Assembly (NCBI GenBank): GCA_035084275.1
Contig: CM068749.1
Span: forward strand, 18,910,001 to 18,974,000
Direction: 5' to 3'
DNA from: Hydrolagus colliei
Lineage: Eukaryota
Length of the DNA stretch: 64,000 nt
The notes under the pieces were generated by a model. That model was given only the letters and a program-made list of their open reading frames with translations. It made no database searches and had not been told where the DNA came from. This document shows positions 36,501-45,048 of the stretch, one piece after another. Each line of letters starts with the position of its first letter. The first letter of the stretch is position 1. The position numbers and the translations under genes were made by a program.

Positions 36501-36644
36501 CCTCGAGATCTCTCCCCTGTGTGTGAGGAGTGCTATATAAATGCAACATGTGGTTGTTGTTGTTGAATTCAAACATCTCACCTTCTGTCTCTTCCTGAGT
36601 GTCCAGTTCTTCCACAGCAACAGAGACACCTTACTGGAGGACAT
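2848..36644 (-). CDS. ABCA4: ABCA4 retinal ABC transporter, coding exons 1-26 (gene span; continues past left edge)
   Basis: 26 GT-AG exons in continuous phase. Diagnostic peptides: [58 protein letters not shown], Walker [17 protein letters not shown], Walker [18 protein letters not shown]. Synteny with ARHGAP29. Confidence 0.96.
3486..3691 (-). CDS. ABCA4: ABCA4 exon 25 (206 bp)
   Basis: [26 protein letters not shown]...[32 protein letters not shown]. Confidence 0.96.
3936..4014 (-). CDS. ABCA4: ABCA4 exon 24 (79 bp, Cys-rich)
   Basis: [26 protein letters not shown], cag|...|gtgag, phase fits both neighbours. Confidence 0.85.
4528..4897 (+). mobile_element. Longer variant of the same SINE with an extra internal segment
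   Basis: Same head, Deu core and tail, with about 60 extra bp at roughly 4630-4690. Confidence 0.8.
4931..5124 (-). CDS. ABCA4: ABCA4 exon 23 (194 bp; H-loop)
   Basis: [51 protein letters not shown]. Confidence 0.97.
7681..7818 (-). CDS. ABCA4: ABCA4 exon 22 (138 bp; signature, Walker B)
   Basis: [45 protein letters not shown]. Confidence 0.97.
7915..8232 (-). mobile_element. Deu-domain SINE, full length
   Basis: Matches the other copies end to end. Confidence 0.9.
8526..8665 (-). CDS. ABCA4: ABCA4 exon 21 (140 bp)
   Basis: [15 protein letters not shown]...[14 protein letters not shown]. Confidence 0.96.
10102..10233 (-). CDS. ABCA4: ABCA4 exon 20 (132 bp)
   Basis: [43 protein letters not shown]. 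Confidence 0.96.
10988..11183 (-). CDS. ABCA4: ABCA4 exon 19 (Walker A of NBD1)
   Basis: [22 protein letters not shown]...[13 protein letters not shown] second in-frame acceptor lies at 11165. Confidence 0.93.
11300..11617 (-). CDS. ABCA4: ABCA4 exon 18 (318 bp, expanded Lys/Glu-rich PAEK-repeat linker)
   Basis: Stop-free phase 1-1 frame [15 protein letters not shown]...[25 protein letters not shown]...TATNP. Donor CCAG|gtgaat. Acceptor is weak, so the 5' boundary is uncertain. Confidence 0.8.
11455..11526. repeat. 12-bp tandem repeat x6 (coding, PAEK)
   Basis: (tctgctggtttc)6 with three single-base variants. Confidence 0.95.
11938..12024 (-). CDS. ABCA4: ABCA4 exon 17 (87 bp)
   Basis: [28 protein letters not shown], donor AAAG|gtgcgt. 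Confidence 0.9.
13734..13935 (-). mobile_element. L2-clade LINE 3' end
   Basis: Reverse complement of the 21990-22193 type sequence. Confidence 0.8.
13993..14197 (-). CDS. ABCA4: ABCA4 exon 16 (205 bp)
   Basis: [27 protein letters not shown]...YLDAVFP. Confidence 0.96.
14325..14638 (-). mobile_element. Deu-domain SINE, full length
   Basis: Matches the other copies end to end. Confidence 0.9.
14943..15164 (-). CDS. ABCA4: ABCA4 exon 15 (222 bp)
   Basis: [10 protein letters not shown]...[41 protein letters not shown]. Confidence 0.95.
15450..15662 (-). mobile_element. Deu-domain SINE, 5'-truncated
   Basis: Core and tail present, no tRNA head. Confidence 0.88.
16662..16978 (-). mobile_element. 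Deu-domain SINE, full length
   Basis: Head begins about 25 bp past the exon 14 donor. Confidence 0.9.
17003..17225 (-). CDS. ABCA4: ABCA4 exon 14 (223 bp)
   Basis: [38 protein letters not shown]...VIM. Confidence 0.96.
17781..17957 (-). CDS. ABCA4: ABCA4 exon 13 (177 bp)
   Basis: [27 protein letters not shown]...[11 protein letters not shown]. Confidence 0.96.
19306..19619 (-). mobile_element. Deu-domain SINE, full length
   Basis: Head begins about 45 bp past the exon 12 donor. Confidence 0.9.
19665..19870 (-). CDS. ABCA4: ABCA4 exon 12 (206 bp)
   Basis: CFTLDKFEG...FWAGIVF...[21 protein letters not shown]. Confidence 0.96.
21136..21333 (-). CDS. ABCA4: ABCA4 exon 11 (198 bp)
   Basis: [13 protein letters not shown]...[23 protein letters not shown]. 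Confidence 0.95.
21417..21563. mobile_element. Penelope-like terminal-repeat fragment, internally inverted, with 14-bp flanking duplication and a hammerhead-like core
   Basis: ccaactgtcaataa at 21403-21416 and 21564-21577; CTGACGA-A-GGGTC-GTG-GACCC-AAAA-CGTT at 21473-21501. Confidence 0.75.
21858..22193 (+). mobile_element. L2-clade LINE 3' end
   Basis: ORF2 C-terminal-like YQPARPLRS...[14 protein letters not shown]...[10 protein letters not shown], then 3' hairpin and TATAAATGTAATT(TTG)n tail. Confidence 0.85.
22247..22363 (-). CDS. ABCA4: ABCA4 exon 10 (117 bp)
   Basis: [39 protein letters not shown]. Confidence 0.95.
23463..23602 (-). CDS. ABCA4: ABCA4 exon 9 (140 bp)
   Basis: [46 protein letters not shown]. 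Confidence 0.95.
23700..23850 (-). mobile_element. Deu-domain SINE, 5' half only
   Basis: tRNA head up to the internal A-tract. Confidence 0.85.
23996..24236 (-). CDS. ABCA4: ABCA4 exon 8 (241 bp)
   Basis: [10 protein letters not shown]...[27 protein letters not shown]...YDYTT. Confidence 0.96.
24515..24540. repeat. (CT)n microsatellite
   Basis: About 13 CT units. Confidence 0.9.
24934..25023 (-). CDS. ABCA4: ABCA4 exon 7 (90 bp)
   Basis: [30 protein letters not shown]. Confidence 0.92.
25190..25380 (-). mobile_element. Deu-domain SINE, 3' half
   Basis: Core and tail. Confidence 0.85.
25720..26350. repeat. Degenerate ~30-bp minisatellite, about 20 units
   Basis: Recurring (ct)n-TAATTyGATCACTGG core. 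Confidence 0.75.
26385..26580 (-). mobile_element. LF-SINE-like relic
   Basis: B box GTTTGAATCC plus colinear blocks resembling the recalled LF-SINE consensus. Confidence 0.5.
26755..27062 (-). mobile_element. AmnSINE2-like ancient SINE (related pieces at about 1150-1285 +, 7290-7410 -, 39325-39610 +)
   Basis: Shared blocks such as gctcacacatgaa.aatgg and gagttagctgatc..agc occur among the copies. Family name is from memory. Confidence 0.5.
28016..28213 (-). CDS. ABCA4: ABCA4 exon 6 (198 bp)
   Basis: [26 protein letters not shown]...[10 protein letters not shown]. Confidence 0.95.
29347..29635 (-). mobile_element. Deu-domain SINE
   Basis: Head with small deletions, core, tail. Confidence 0.88.
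31924..32051 (-). CDS. ABCA4: ABCA4 exon 5 (128 bp)
   Basis: [42 protein letters not shown]. Confidence 0.94.
32514..32653 (-). CDS. ABCA4: ABCA4 exon 4 (140 bp)
   Basis: [46 protein letters not shown]. Confidence 0.94.
33219..33480 (-). mobile_element. Deu-domain SINE with the tail hairpin deleted
   Basis: Head and core intact; about 50 bp missing before (TTA)n. Confidence 0.88.
33580..33721 (-). CDS. ABCA4: ABCA4 exon 3 (142 bp)
   Basis: [46 protein letters not shown]. Confidence 0.96.
34323..34416 (-). CDS. ABCA4: ABCA4 exon 2 (94 bp)
   Basis: [35 protein letters not shown] flanks. Confidence 0.95.
36300..36563 (+). mobile_element. L2-clade LINE 3' end
   Basis: [14 protein letters not shown]...[10 protein letters not shown], tail tatataaatgcaa...(TTG)n. 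Confidence 0.82.
36582..36644 (-). CDS. ABCA4: ABCA4 coding exon 1
   Basis: [21 protein letters not shown], donor AAG|gtgag. Confidence 0.93.
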
Positions 36645-36705
36645 GTTTGTTCCTCTCCTCCACTACCGCGGTTCAACACTTGAACTCCTGAAAAACAAAC
36701 AGCCC
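36645..36705 (-). promoter_or_regulatory. ABCA4: 43-nt 5'UTR segment preceded by a strong splice acceptor at 36687
   Basis: Minus strand reads ctgtttgtttttcag|GAGTTCAAG...AACAAAC ATG. Confidence 0.7.
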
Positions 36706-36924
36706 CAACTTGAGATCATGTTTCTTGAGTTACTAAACATTTACCGTCCCTACGTTTGAACAGGAAGATTGAAAGGAAGGAGCTGTACAACAAACAGTTG
36801 GCGTGACCTCCATATAAATGCTGTTCCAACTCCTCTGATTGCTCCTCGCTGTCCTTGTTATAAATTCAAACATGCTGTGTTTGCATTTCTTAAAAAAAAT
36901 CAAATTGTGCGTGTGAAGAACACG

Positions 36925-37105
36925 AATCATCATTTGGTCACTCCATCCCACGACTGTTTGTGGGACACTCCTGTGCCCAATTGGCTGCTGTGTTTCGCCC
37001 ATAACATATACAGTCAATTCACTTTACAGCATACTCTGGGAAGCAACTTGAGACGTTTCGAAGACACAAAAAGACACCGTATCAAATGCAAGGATTATTA
37101 TTGTA
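36925..37105 (+). mobile_element. Deu-domain SINE, 3' half
   Basis: Core and tail. Confidence 0.85.
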
Positions 37106-37882
37106 TTACAGTATTAGCTTATTTAGACGCAACTCTCATTTGCATTATCCGGCAAGTAGCAAGGCAGTTCAGTTTGAAACATCTCGTTTTCTTTCTTACT
37201 GACTACGGTAACTAACCACACTGACCACAGCAGCTTCAATCAGCATGTCCGTTCCATAAATAGTTACTATTTCATGGCAGTTTTCATGCTGTTATAACTC
37301 TGTTGGTTATGAATGTCTCAGAGAGGACTTAAGGTAGTTGCAATTAAGACGATCACTGTAGCCATAGTGATGATCCAGCGGTGAGGGGGGGTCACTCTGA
37401 ACAGTGGCTCTCTTTATTGCAGTTCGGATTGTTGGAACGTAACTTGCAATATTATTTTCTTCCCTTGTGACTTTCGCTCACAGGTATGACATAGAATGTT
37501 ACAGGGTGGAAATAATCATTCGGTCCAACTCATCTGTGCTGGCGTTTACACTCCACACAACCCTCTACCCCACTCCCGATCCCCTCTACTAGACTAAATG
37601 TATTTCCTTCTCGTTCATGGTTGCATCAAATTGAGTTGATAGCAGTGCAAATTGAACTCTAGATTAATCCTAAGTAAGACTCAGTTTGGGTTTCGTCAAG
37701 TGCCCTGGGAACCTATGTGTGAGGGGTGCTGTATAAATGCAAGTTATTGTTGTTTGGCCAGTGTTTTTATTTATTCCAGTTAATATTTTAATATCAAAGC
37801 ATTTAAAAAAAATTAAACTACACATTATTTCCCACTGAAAAGGATGGTCAAACCAACTGGCAGGTGGACAACAAAACACCTC

Positions 37883-37997
37883 CAATAATAATATTATAAT
37901 CGCTTTTCACATCTTATCCACGTCTCAAAGCGCTTCACAGGTTATATTGTAAAGTGAATTGACTGTATATTTGTGGGCAAAATGCGGCAGCCAATTT
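37883..37997 (-). mobile_element. Deu-domain SINE, 3' fragment
   Basis: Tail through ggcagccaat. Confidence 0.8.
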
Positions 37998-39729
37998 ATA
38001 ATGTTATCCTGTATTTATTTACAGAAAGCATTTATTTAAAAGGTAATTAAAAAGACTGCTACCAGTTACCAGCAAAGTGGCTGGATTTTTTTTTTATAAA
38101 ACAGCTTGATGCTCTAGTTGGAGAATAATAGGTTTTGTATGCTGGAAGGATGAGATAAAATTGTTTGAATGGCTTTCTTCCTTTGATCTCATTTGGTGTT
38201 CTGCACTAATGTTGTCAAACCCAGATTTATACCAAGCCAAATGTGTGGTCCATGAAGCACAGTGTGAACAGGGCTTTTTAAAAAAAAACATATAAAGTGG
38301 TGAGGAAAATCCCCACTAGGAATTCCCCAACAATAATTTCAAAACGAAACACTAGTAAATAATAATTGCCCATCCATAATGATGATAAAATAATGATAAT
38401 AACTATTATGATAATAGTAATGTCAATTTTGTTAGCAGTCTCCAAGTGATCACCATGTAGGCAGTTTTTAGAGAACTTTAGGCAAACGTTACAGACTATT
38501 ATTTGATAATTAAAGAATGATTATTACTTATTCGATTCCTGCTTCCATAATATTTCAAAGACAAGGCTTGAAACAAATGCCCAACGCATTGTTTCATCTG
38601 TAGAAATTTGCTTTTAATGCTTCTGGATGTGGAATAACAGTTCTCCTTTGGGTTCACAGTCACCACCAGTTGAAAAACATCAAAGAAATTCCTCTGAATC
38701 ATTTCTTTTATAAGCACGTCTAACTCTATTTCAGCACAGGCACCTCCAAAAATACCACAGCAAAGCTCAAACATGAGGAAATATTAGCAGTATGAAATCA
38801 AAAAAGCAACAACAACAAAACAAAATTGCATTCATAGAGCGCCTTTCACGTCGGGAGGACGTCCCAAGGTGCTGGATGTCCCAAAGCAACAATTATACTT
38901 ACACTAATAAGCAACACAAATGCATGGAAGTGTGATAACAAATCCAAGGACTATTATTATTACAGTGTGAGATTTGACAGCTGTTTCTTTGAAACCAACT
39001 TGTGTCATTTCAGTCAAAACGATAGAGGAACTGCACAGAGCAGTTCTGTCATCAAACATATCTAGCGAGCTTCACTAGTTTTTTTCCATTAGTCAGATGA
39101 GTGTTCTACAGTATTAGGTGACCCTTTCCAATGGGATATATAGATATATTGTATTCAAATAGCCATGTATATACATCCCTGCAGGCAAATCTTTGGTCAG
39201 AATGATCCGAAACCCCGAAGTTTTCTGCTGAGGCTGAGGTGGCTGTGAGACACTCCGAGATCCTCACATGTGGCTCATGACTCTACGGTTTGGCGAACAA
39301 TGATTTGCACCATCAAGCGAAGAACCGAGCCAAATATACAGAAAGCCCCAGATTCAAACTCTGGTCTATTTTGAGTTTCTAATTCCAGCTCGGGTGGTGG
39401 TTGAAATCGGGTGGAGCTAAAAATGAACAAAAAAAAATAATCAGGGTTTCCCCTCCTGATTGCAACAACAACAACTTGGATTTATATAGCGCCCTCCACG
39501 CCGGACGGCGTCTTCATTGAAATATGGTTAAATGTGTATGTTTAGATGTTAGGTCTGGACAGGAGCAGGCTGGTCTGTTGCAAATGTTGAATACACACAC
39601 TGCTGACCAAGTATCTATTAATCTGTTGTAAGCCTAGACAGTGAGTTCAATCTTGTCATCACATCTGTAACAGACAAACCTGCTCATTGTGTTATGAGTT
39701 TAATCCCTCCTTCCTGTGTGATTTTGTGA

Positions 39730-40350
39730 CCAAGGCTCTCTGCCTCTTCATTCTCCCCGAACCTCCCCGCTGCCATCTTTGACAATGTCAATCATTCCCC
39801 CACTTCTCTACAATCTCTCCTCCTTGCTTGGACACCACGGCTCTGACCTTTCCTGGTTTCACTCCCACTTATCCCAGCATCTTCATCTCTTCCAATGGTC
39901 TTCAGTTGAATGTCAACAACGGGAGGCCAGAGCCAGTCGAGTGAAAGCAGCGGGTAATGGTTTGGGTGAGGATAAGCAGCTTGCAGAGGTAGGCATGTGC
40001 CAGGGCATGAATGGATTTCAAAACAAATGTGAGGATCTTGAAATTGATCCGTTTAATGATTGATAGCCCGGCTAGAACATGTGGGATGAGGGAACAGAGT
40101 TTAATAACTGTGAGTATGTGGGCGGCGAAGTTTGGGATCAGCAAGTTCAAAGCCCTCCTGCTTGACTCCCAGCAGTATCTTCTCACCTCACAGAGCAAGT
40201 GTGAAACTGTAGTATCTTGTTCGACTCCCACAACTATCTTTCAAGCCCTATATCTGGGTTCGCTCAGCTTTCCCTCACCTCCGTAACATCGCCTGCCTCC
40301 GCCACTCTCTTTCCCATGGCTGCCAAGACAAATCGACACTTTCATCACTT
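39730..40350. mobile_element. Mosaic of degraded L2 ORF2 fragments in both orientations
   Basis: DLSWFHSHLS on +; RINFKILTFVLKSIHALAHAYL on -. Confidence 0.65.
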
Positions 40351-40354
40351 TAAT

Positions 40355-40672
40355 GGAGCTCCTGTGGCTCAGTGGTTAGAGCACTCGCCTTACAAGTGTG
40401 AGACTTGTGTTTTGAATACAGGCAGGACAGGGTGAAACCTCGGGCAAGTTTCCTTACTCCACATGCCTAATAATAATCCCTCAAAAAAAACCTATAATAA
40501 ATTGGTCATTTCAATCCACGTCTGTTTCGTGGGACACTGCTATGTGCGATTGGCTGCCACATTTTCGCCCACAAAAACACAGTCAATTCACTTTACAGCA
40601 TATTCTGTGAAGCGCTTTGAGACGTTGATAAGACGTGAAAAGCGCTATATCAAATGCAAGGATTATCATTAA
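40355..40672 (+). mobile_element. Deu-domain SINE, full length
   Basis: Matches the other copies. Confidence 0.9.
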
Positions 40673-40926
40673 TAATCAAGTTTGATTATTCCAAAGCCCC
40701 ACCTCCTGGGCTTCCCAACACAAGCTGCAGCCCTTCCACAAGTTTGCAGCCTGTGTACTCTCGTACGTTAGGCTCTGTGGGCCTATCACCCCCATCCACA
40801 CTTTGCTTCATTGCGTCTCATCCACCAGTGGATTAAATTCAAAATTCTCATCCTCATTTTAATATCTCCCCATAGCCTCACCCCACCCTAACTCCGTGAC
40901 CTCCTGCCAGGCAGCTCCATTCACTT

Positions 40927-41292
40927 ATAATAATAATCCTTGCAATTGATATAGCTGCTTATCACGTCATTGCAATGTCTAAAAGTGCCTCGCAGAATAT
41001 ATTGTAAAATGAATTGACTGTATACAGTATTTTGAGGGTGAAACAGGCAGCCAATTGTGCACAGCAGTGTCCCACAATCAGCTGTGGACTGAGTGACCAA
41101 ATAATTATGTATTTTTTGAGGGATTATTACCCACAGAAAAGCAATCCGCCAATTGACTAACAACCAGGCTGCTGCTTATTGCTCAGTAAACAGGCGTGTG
41201 GAGAAATGAAACCTTCCCAAGGTTTTGGTCTGCCCAGGAAGTGAACATGGGTCCTCTTGCTTGCGAGGCGAGTGCTCTAACCATAGGACTGC
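40927..41292 (-). mobile_element. Deu-domain SINE, longer variant
   Basis: Head, extra internal segment, core, tail. Confidence 0.85.
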
Positions 41293-43132
41293 ACTTAGCT
41301 AACAACGGCCAGCTACATTTCCCCCACCTGATCTATCCCACGATAGGAGACTGAATTCTATCTGCCATGACCCTCTCTAAAGCACCTTGGGACGCTTTTC
41401 ACCAACGTGTAAAGCGCTCTAGAAATGTAATCCTGTTGTTATGTCAACTTTTAAAGCTGCCCACTTTAAGACCTATATGTTTGAGGTGGAGATTTACAAA
41501 CATCAAGACAATTATAACTTCATTTAGAAATTACGTTTCCTTAATTCTACTTAATTAATTTTATGGTGAATATTTTATGGTGAAATCCTGCAAACAGGAT
41601 CCTGTCTTACTATTGCATATATTTTTTCTGCAAAAAAACAACAAAACCTGAAGGTTCATTAGAATTATTCTATTAACCATCAAGTTAACCATTATTATTA
41701 TGATATAACTTCTTTATAAAAATTCCATTAATCCAAATTTAAGATGTTCATTTTACATTTGCACCTTTGTACAGTACGATGTTCAAAAAAAGGAAAGTAG
41801 TATTTGGCTAAATATTAAACATGTTTTCACATCAGACGCAGGATTATCTAAGCCTCATTAATGGATTCAGAATAGAAATGGATTATTTCCATGACTCTTA
41901 TGTACATACACATAAGTACTTACAAAGCTGGTGCATTAGTTTTTTTGTTGCTGTTCTCTACAGATATTTAATCCAATTAGAACAAATTATTTATGATGAG
42001 GAGGGATTTTCTTTTGCTGACAAGTGGAATGCTGAATGACAAACTCTGGTTCATATTAGTCTTAAGAAAATTGGAAGCCAGCAATAATAGCAAACCAATA
42101 GATTCATATGAAACAGTTCCATCACCACAATTTGTGAATTGTGCACCTTATACGCTAGAATTTTAATAGAAATATAAATGAATTTCAATCTTAGCAGCGG
42201 TAAAAGTGATCTGAGATTTCATATCCGTCTGGACTTTCTCCACCTGAATCAGATAATTAAATATTTCTAAAATTGCAAGAAAAATCCTTTAGTACTGAGC
42301 CCCAAACCTCAGAACTGATAATATAAACACCATGCACCTCCTACTGTGAATATATAAAAAAAGAAACGGATTCACATCCAGGTAATTCTAAATCTTCCAG
42401 AATTGCAGTTTGCAACAGCAATTTGTAAACAAAAGTAAAGTGCACATGGAGTCTACATTCACAGCTAAATCTGATCAGGTTTACATTGCAATTTTATCTA
42501 CAGTTGAGAAACAGATCGTTTCGAAAACATGTGCAGACTATTAGTTTCAGTACAAATGTTCTCAACTCAAAACATTTTTCACGATCTTGAGTGTGACAGG
42601 CCAACCCACCATTCTCAGCCGCTCTCAGGGTGCAATCTGTTGGGTGTCTCCTCCGTTATAAAACATTCCGATTTACATCTCGGGGGATATCTTTCAATCA
42701 GCAAATTACTTTCTGTTCCAGTTCCTTTTAAGTTTGTTTTGCTTCTGAAATATTTTACATTCCCTCGAACATATTCCCAGAATTTAGGAAAATATCTTTG
42801 TTGTTTATATACGTTAACTAAGTCTGTTCCTCTTCTAACATTTCGAGCGTGCGTCCATTTCACTCGTATTTTATTTTTTCAGCACACTAATGTTTAACGT
42901 GCTCCTTAAGAAAACTGCCAATAGTCTAAAGGGACTTTATTCATGTTTATTTCTACAGAAATGTTCCTTGCATTCCAATGGCAATTAAGCAGGGATTTAG
43001 CGCCAGTGATTTGGGTTAGACAGTAAGGCCTGTTTCAGATTATCAAGAATCTAAGGATAAACAAGTAGAAAAGTAGGTCATACAAGACACAAATTCTGTG
43101 TAAAATGTAAAGGAACACATACAAGAACTTAC

Positions 43133-43285
43133 CTTAAACTGAAAAGTGCCATTTGAAAGCCACATCCAAGGAAATCAAGCTCGTATGACAATACATTTCC
43201 AAGCAAGCTACTAGTGATGCGTACCACAGAATGAGCTGCTTCAAACTACACAGCTCAACTGTAATCTGATTGCGTTAATCCCCAT
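43133..43285 (-). promoter_or_regulatory. Candidate non-coding first exon and CRX/OTX-motif promoter of ABCA4
   Basis: Consensus donor AAG|gtaagt at 43133/43132; TAATCT at 43262-43267 and TTAATCCC at 43275-43282. Confidence 0.45.
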
Positions 43286-44161
43286 CTCAAAATGGAACTC
43301 TCTCGCCAAACAACATTCGTAAAAACAAGTTAAAGTAAATTGGATTTCATGGAGCAGAATAATATTTTCAAAACAAGTTGCATTGTTTTTCAGTTTTTTG
43401 TGAGTGTAATCATTTTTGAAAGAAGGCATTCAATCAATTGCGAGTCTGAAGTTTTGTTAATACATGACCTGGATGTCACTGAGCATTTACATGATACGTA
43501 CTTATAAATCATAGCAAATCATTTGGAAGCTGTCATTGTTAATTAGTCCAATAAGATATGAAGCAATAAAACTCTCAAAATAATTTAAGCAGCAGTGCAA
43601 ATGGGACATAGTAATAACATTCACATGATACCTACCAAAATACAGTAATGTGTTCCTACTTGATTGTAACATTTTGGACTTAATGTAAAATTTGAAAAAA
43701 TCATGAATGGCAGGAAAAAAAACAATTCAAAATAGCGCTGTATAAACCTCAGTTTTTGCATTACAATATTAGGATTGATCACAAGAGACCAAATATCTAC
43801 AGTTGTGATTAAAAGCCATGACGCAAGGTCTAAAAAGCAAGAAAGGCAATCTTACAAAAAAGGCAACCTGGTCTTTTCAAACTGGTCTGTGAACAGATGC
43901 TAAATAAAAATATTTTTGAACAAGTTAAAATGCTGCAAAATATTTTATTTTCGTCTTAAATTACTTAATTTAGGGAAATTTAGATTGTCTTTTCAATACT
44001 ACATGTAGGTAGAAGACACTGTTGAAAAGTACGACTACAAAGGTTTTATTTGTCTTGGTATAGTGCCCACTGAGATAGACTGAGATAGACTGAACCAGGT
44101 TAAGGAGCTTTGGAAGGATATAAAATGTAACACAAGGGCATCTGATTTGCAATCCACTTAT

Positions 44162-44459
44162 GGAGCTCCTGTAGCTCAGTGGTTAGAGCACTCGCCTTAC
44201 AAGCATGAGACCATGTTCGAATCCAGTCAGATCATGGTGAAACCTTGGGCAAGTTTCCCTACTCCACATGGCTAACCTGTCCAAATAAACACAATTAAAA
44301 AATTGTTCATTTCAATCCACAACTGTCTGTGGGACACTGCTGTGCACAATCGGCTTCTGAATTTCCCCCACAAATAGTCAATTCACTTTACAGTATATTC
44401 TGTGAAGTGCTTTGATAAGATGTGAAAAGCGCTATATCAAATGCAAGGATTATTATTAT
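44162..44459 (+). mobile_element. Deu-domain SINE, full length
   Basis: Matches the other copies. Confidence 0.9.
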
Positions 44460-44727
44460 GGATGTAGTGGTGAATGTAGTCATCTTATGACTCTCATTAC
44501 AATCACCATACAATGGCTCTCATTAAACAACTTGTATTATTGCACCCGTCACCGTAGTACTTGTCCACAGCGCATGTGATCCATCCCACATCTTACATCA
44601 ATTCAAGCAAGGAGAGCAGAGGAACTAAATCACAACCATGTAAATGCAAGAATTGAGGATATTTACACAAGTGTAAACTGCGTGATTATCAGTGTGCTGT
44701 AGGTTTTTTTTTAAACCTAAGGTTTTA

Positions 44728-45048
44728 TCATTAATAACGCTTGCATTTGATATAGCGCTTTTCACATCTTCTAGACATCAAGGCACTTCACATATTATAC
44801 TGTAAAGTGAATTGACTGTATGTTTGTGGGCAAAATGCAGCAGCCAATTGCGCACAGCAGTGTCCCACAAACAGTCGTGGATTGAAATGACCAATTTTCA
44901 TTACAGTATTGTTTTTTTTGAAGGGATTATTATTATTAGGCATGTGGAGTTAGGAAACTTGCCCAAGGTTTCACCCTGACCTACCTGGATTCGGACACTG
45001 GTCTCACGCTTGTCAGGCGAGTGCTCTTACCACTGAGCTACAGCACTC
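44728..45048 (-). mobile_element. Deu-domain SINE, full length
   Basis: Matches the other copies. Confidence 0.9.

Noticed and set aside
2848-36644. Assignment as ABCA1 or ABCA7 (with ARHGAP45 as neighbour)
   Set aside because: ABCA4-type peptides and exon sizes, together with ARHGAP29-type sequence and gene order, favour ABCA4.
42529-42897. 122-aa intergenic ORF
   Set aside because: No recognisable domain or splice context; length is compatible with chance.
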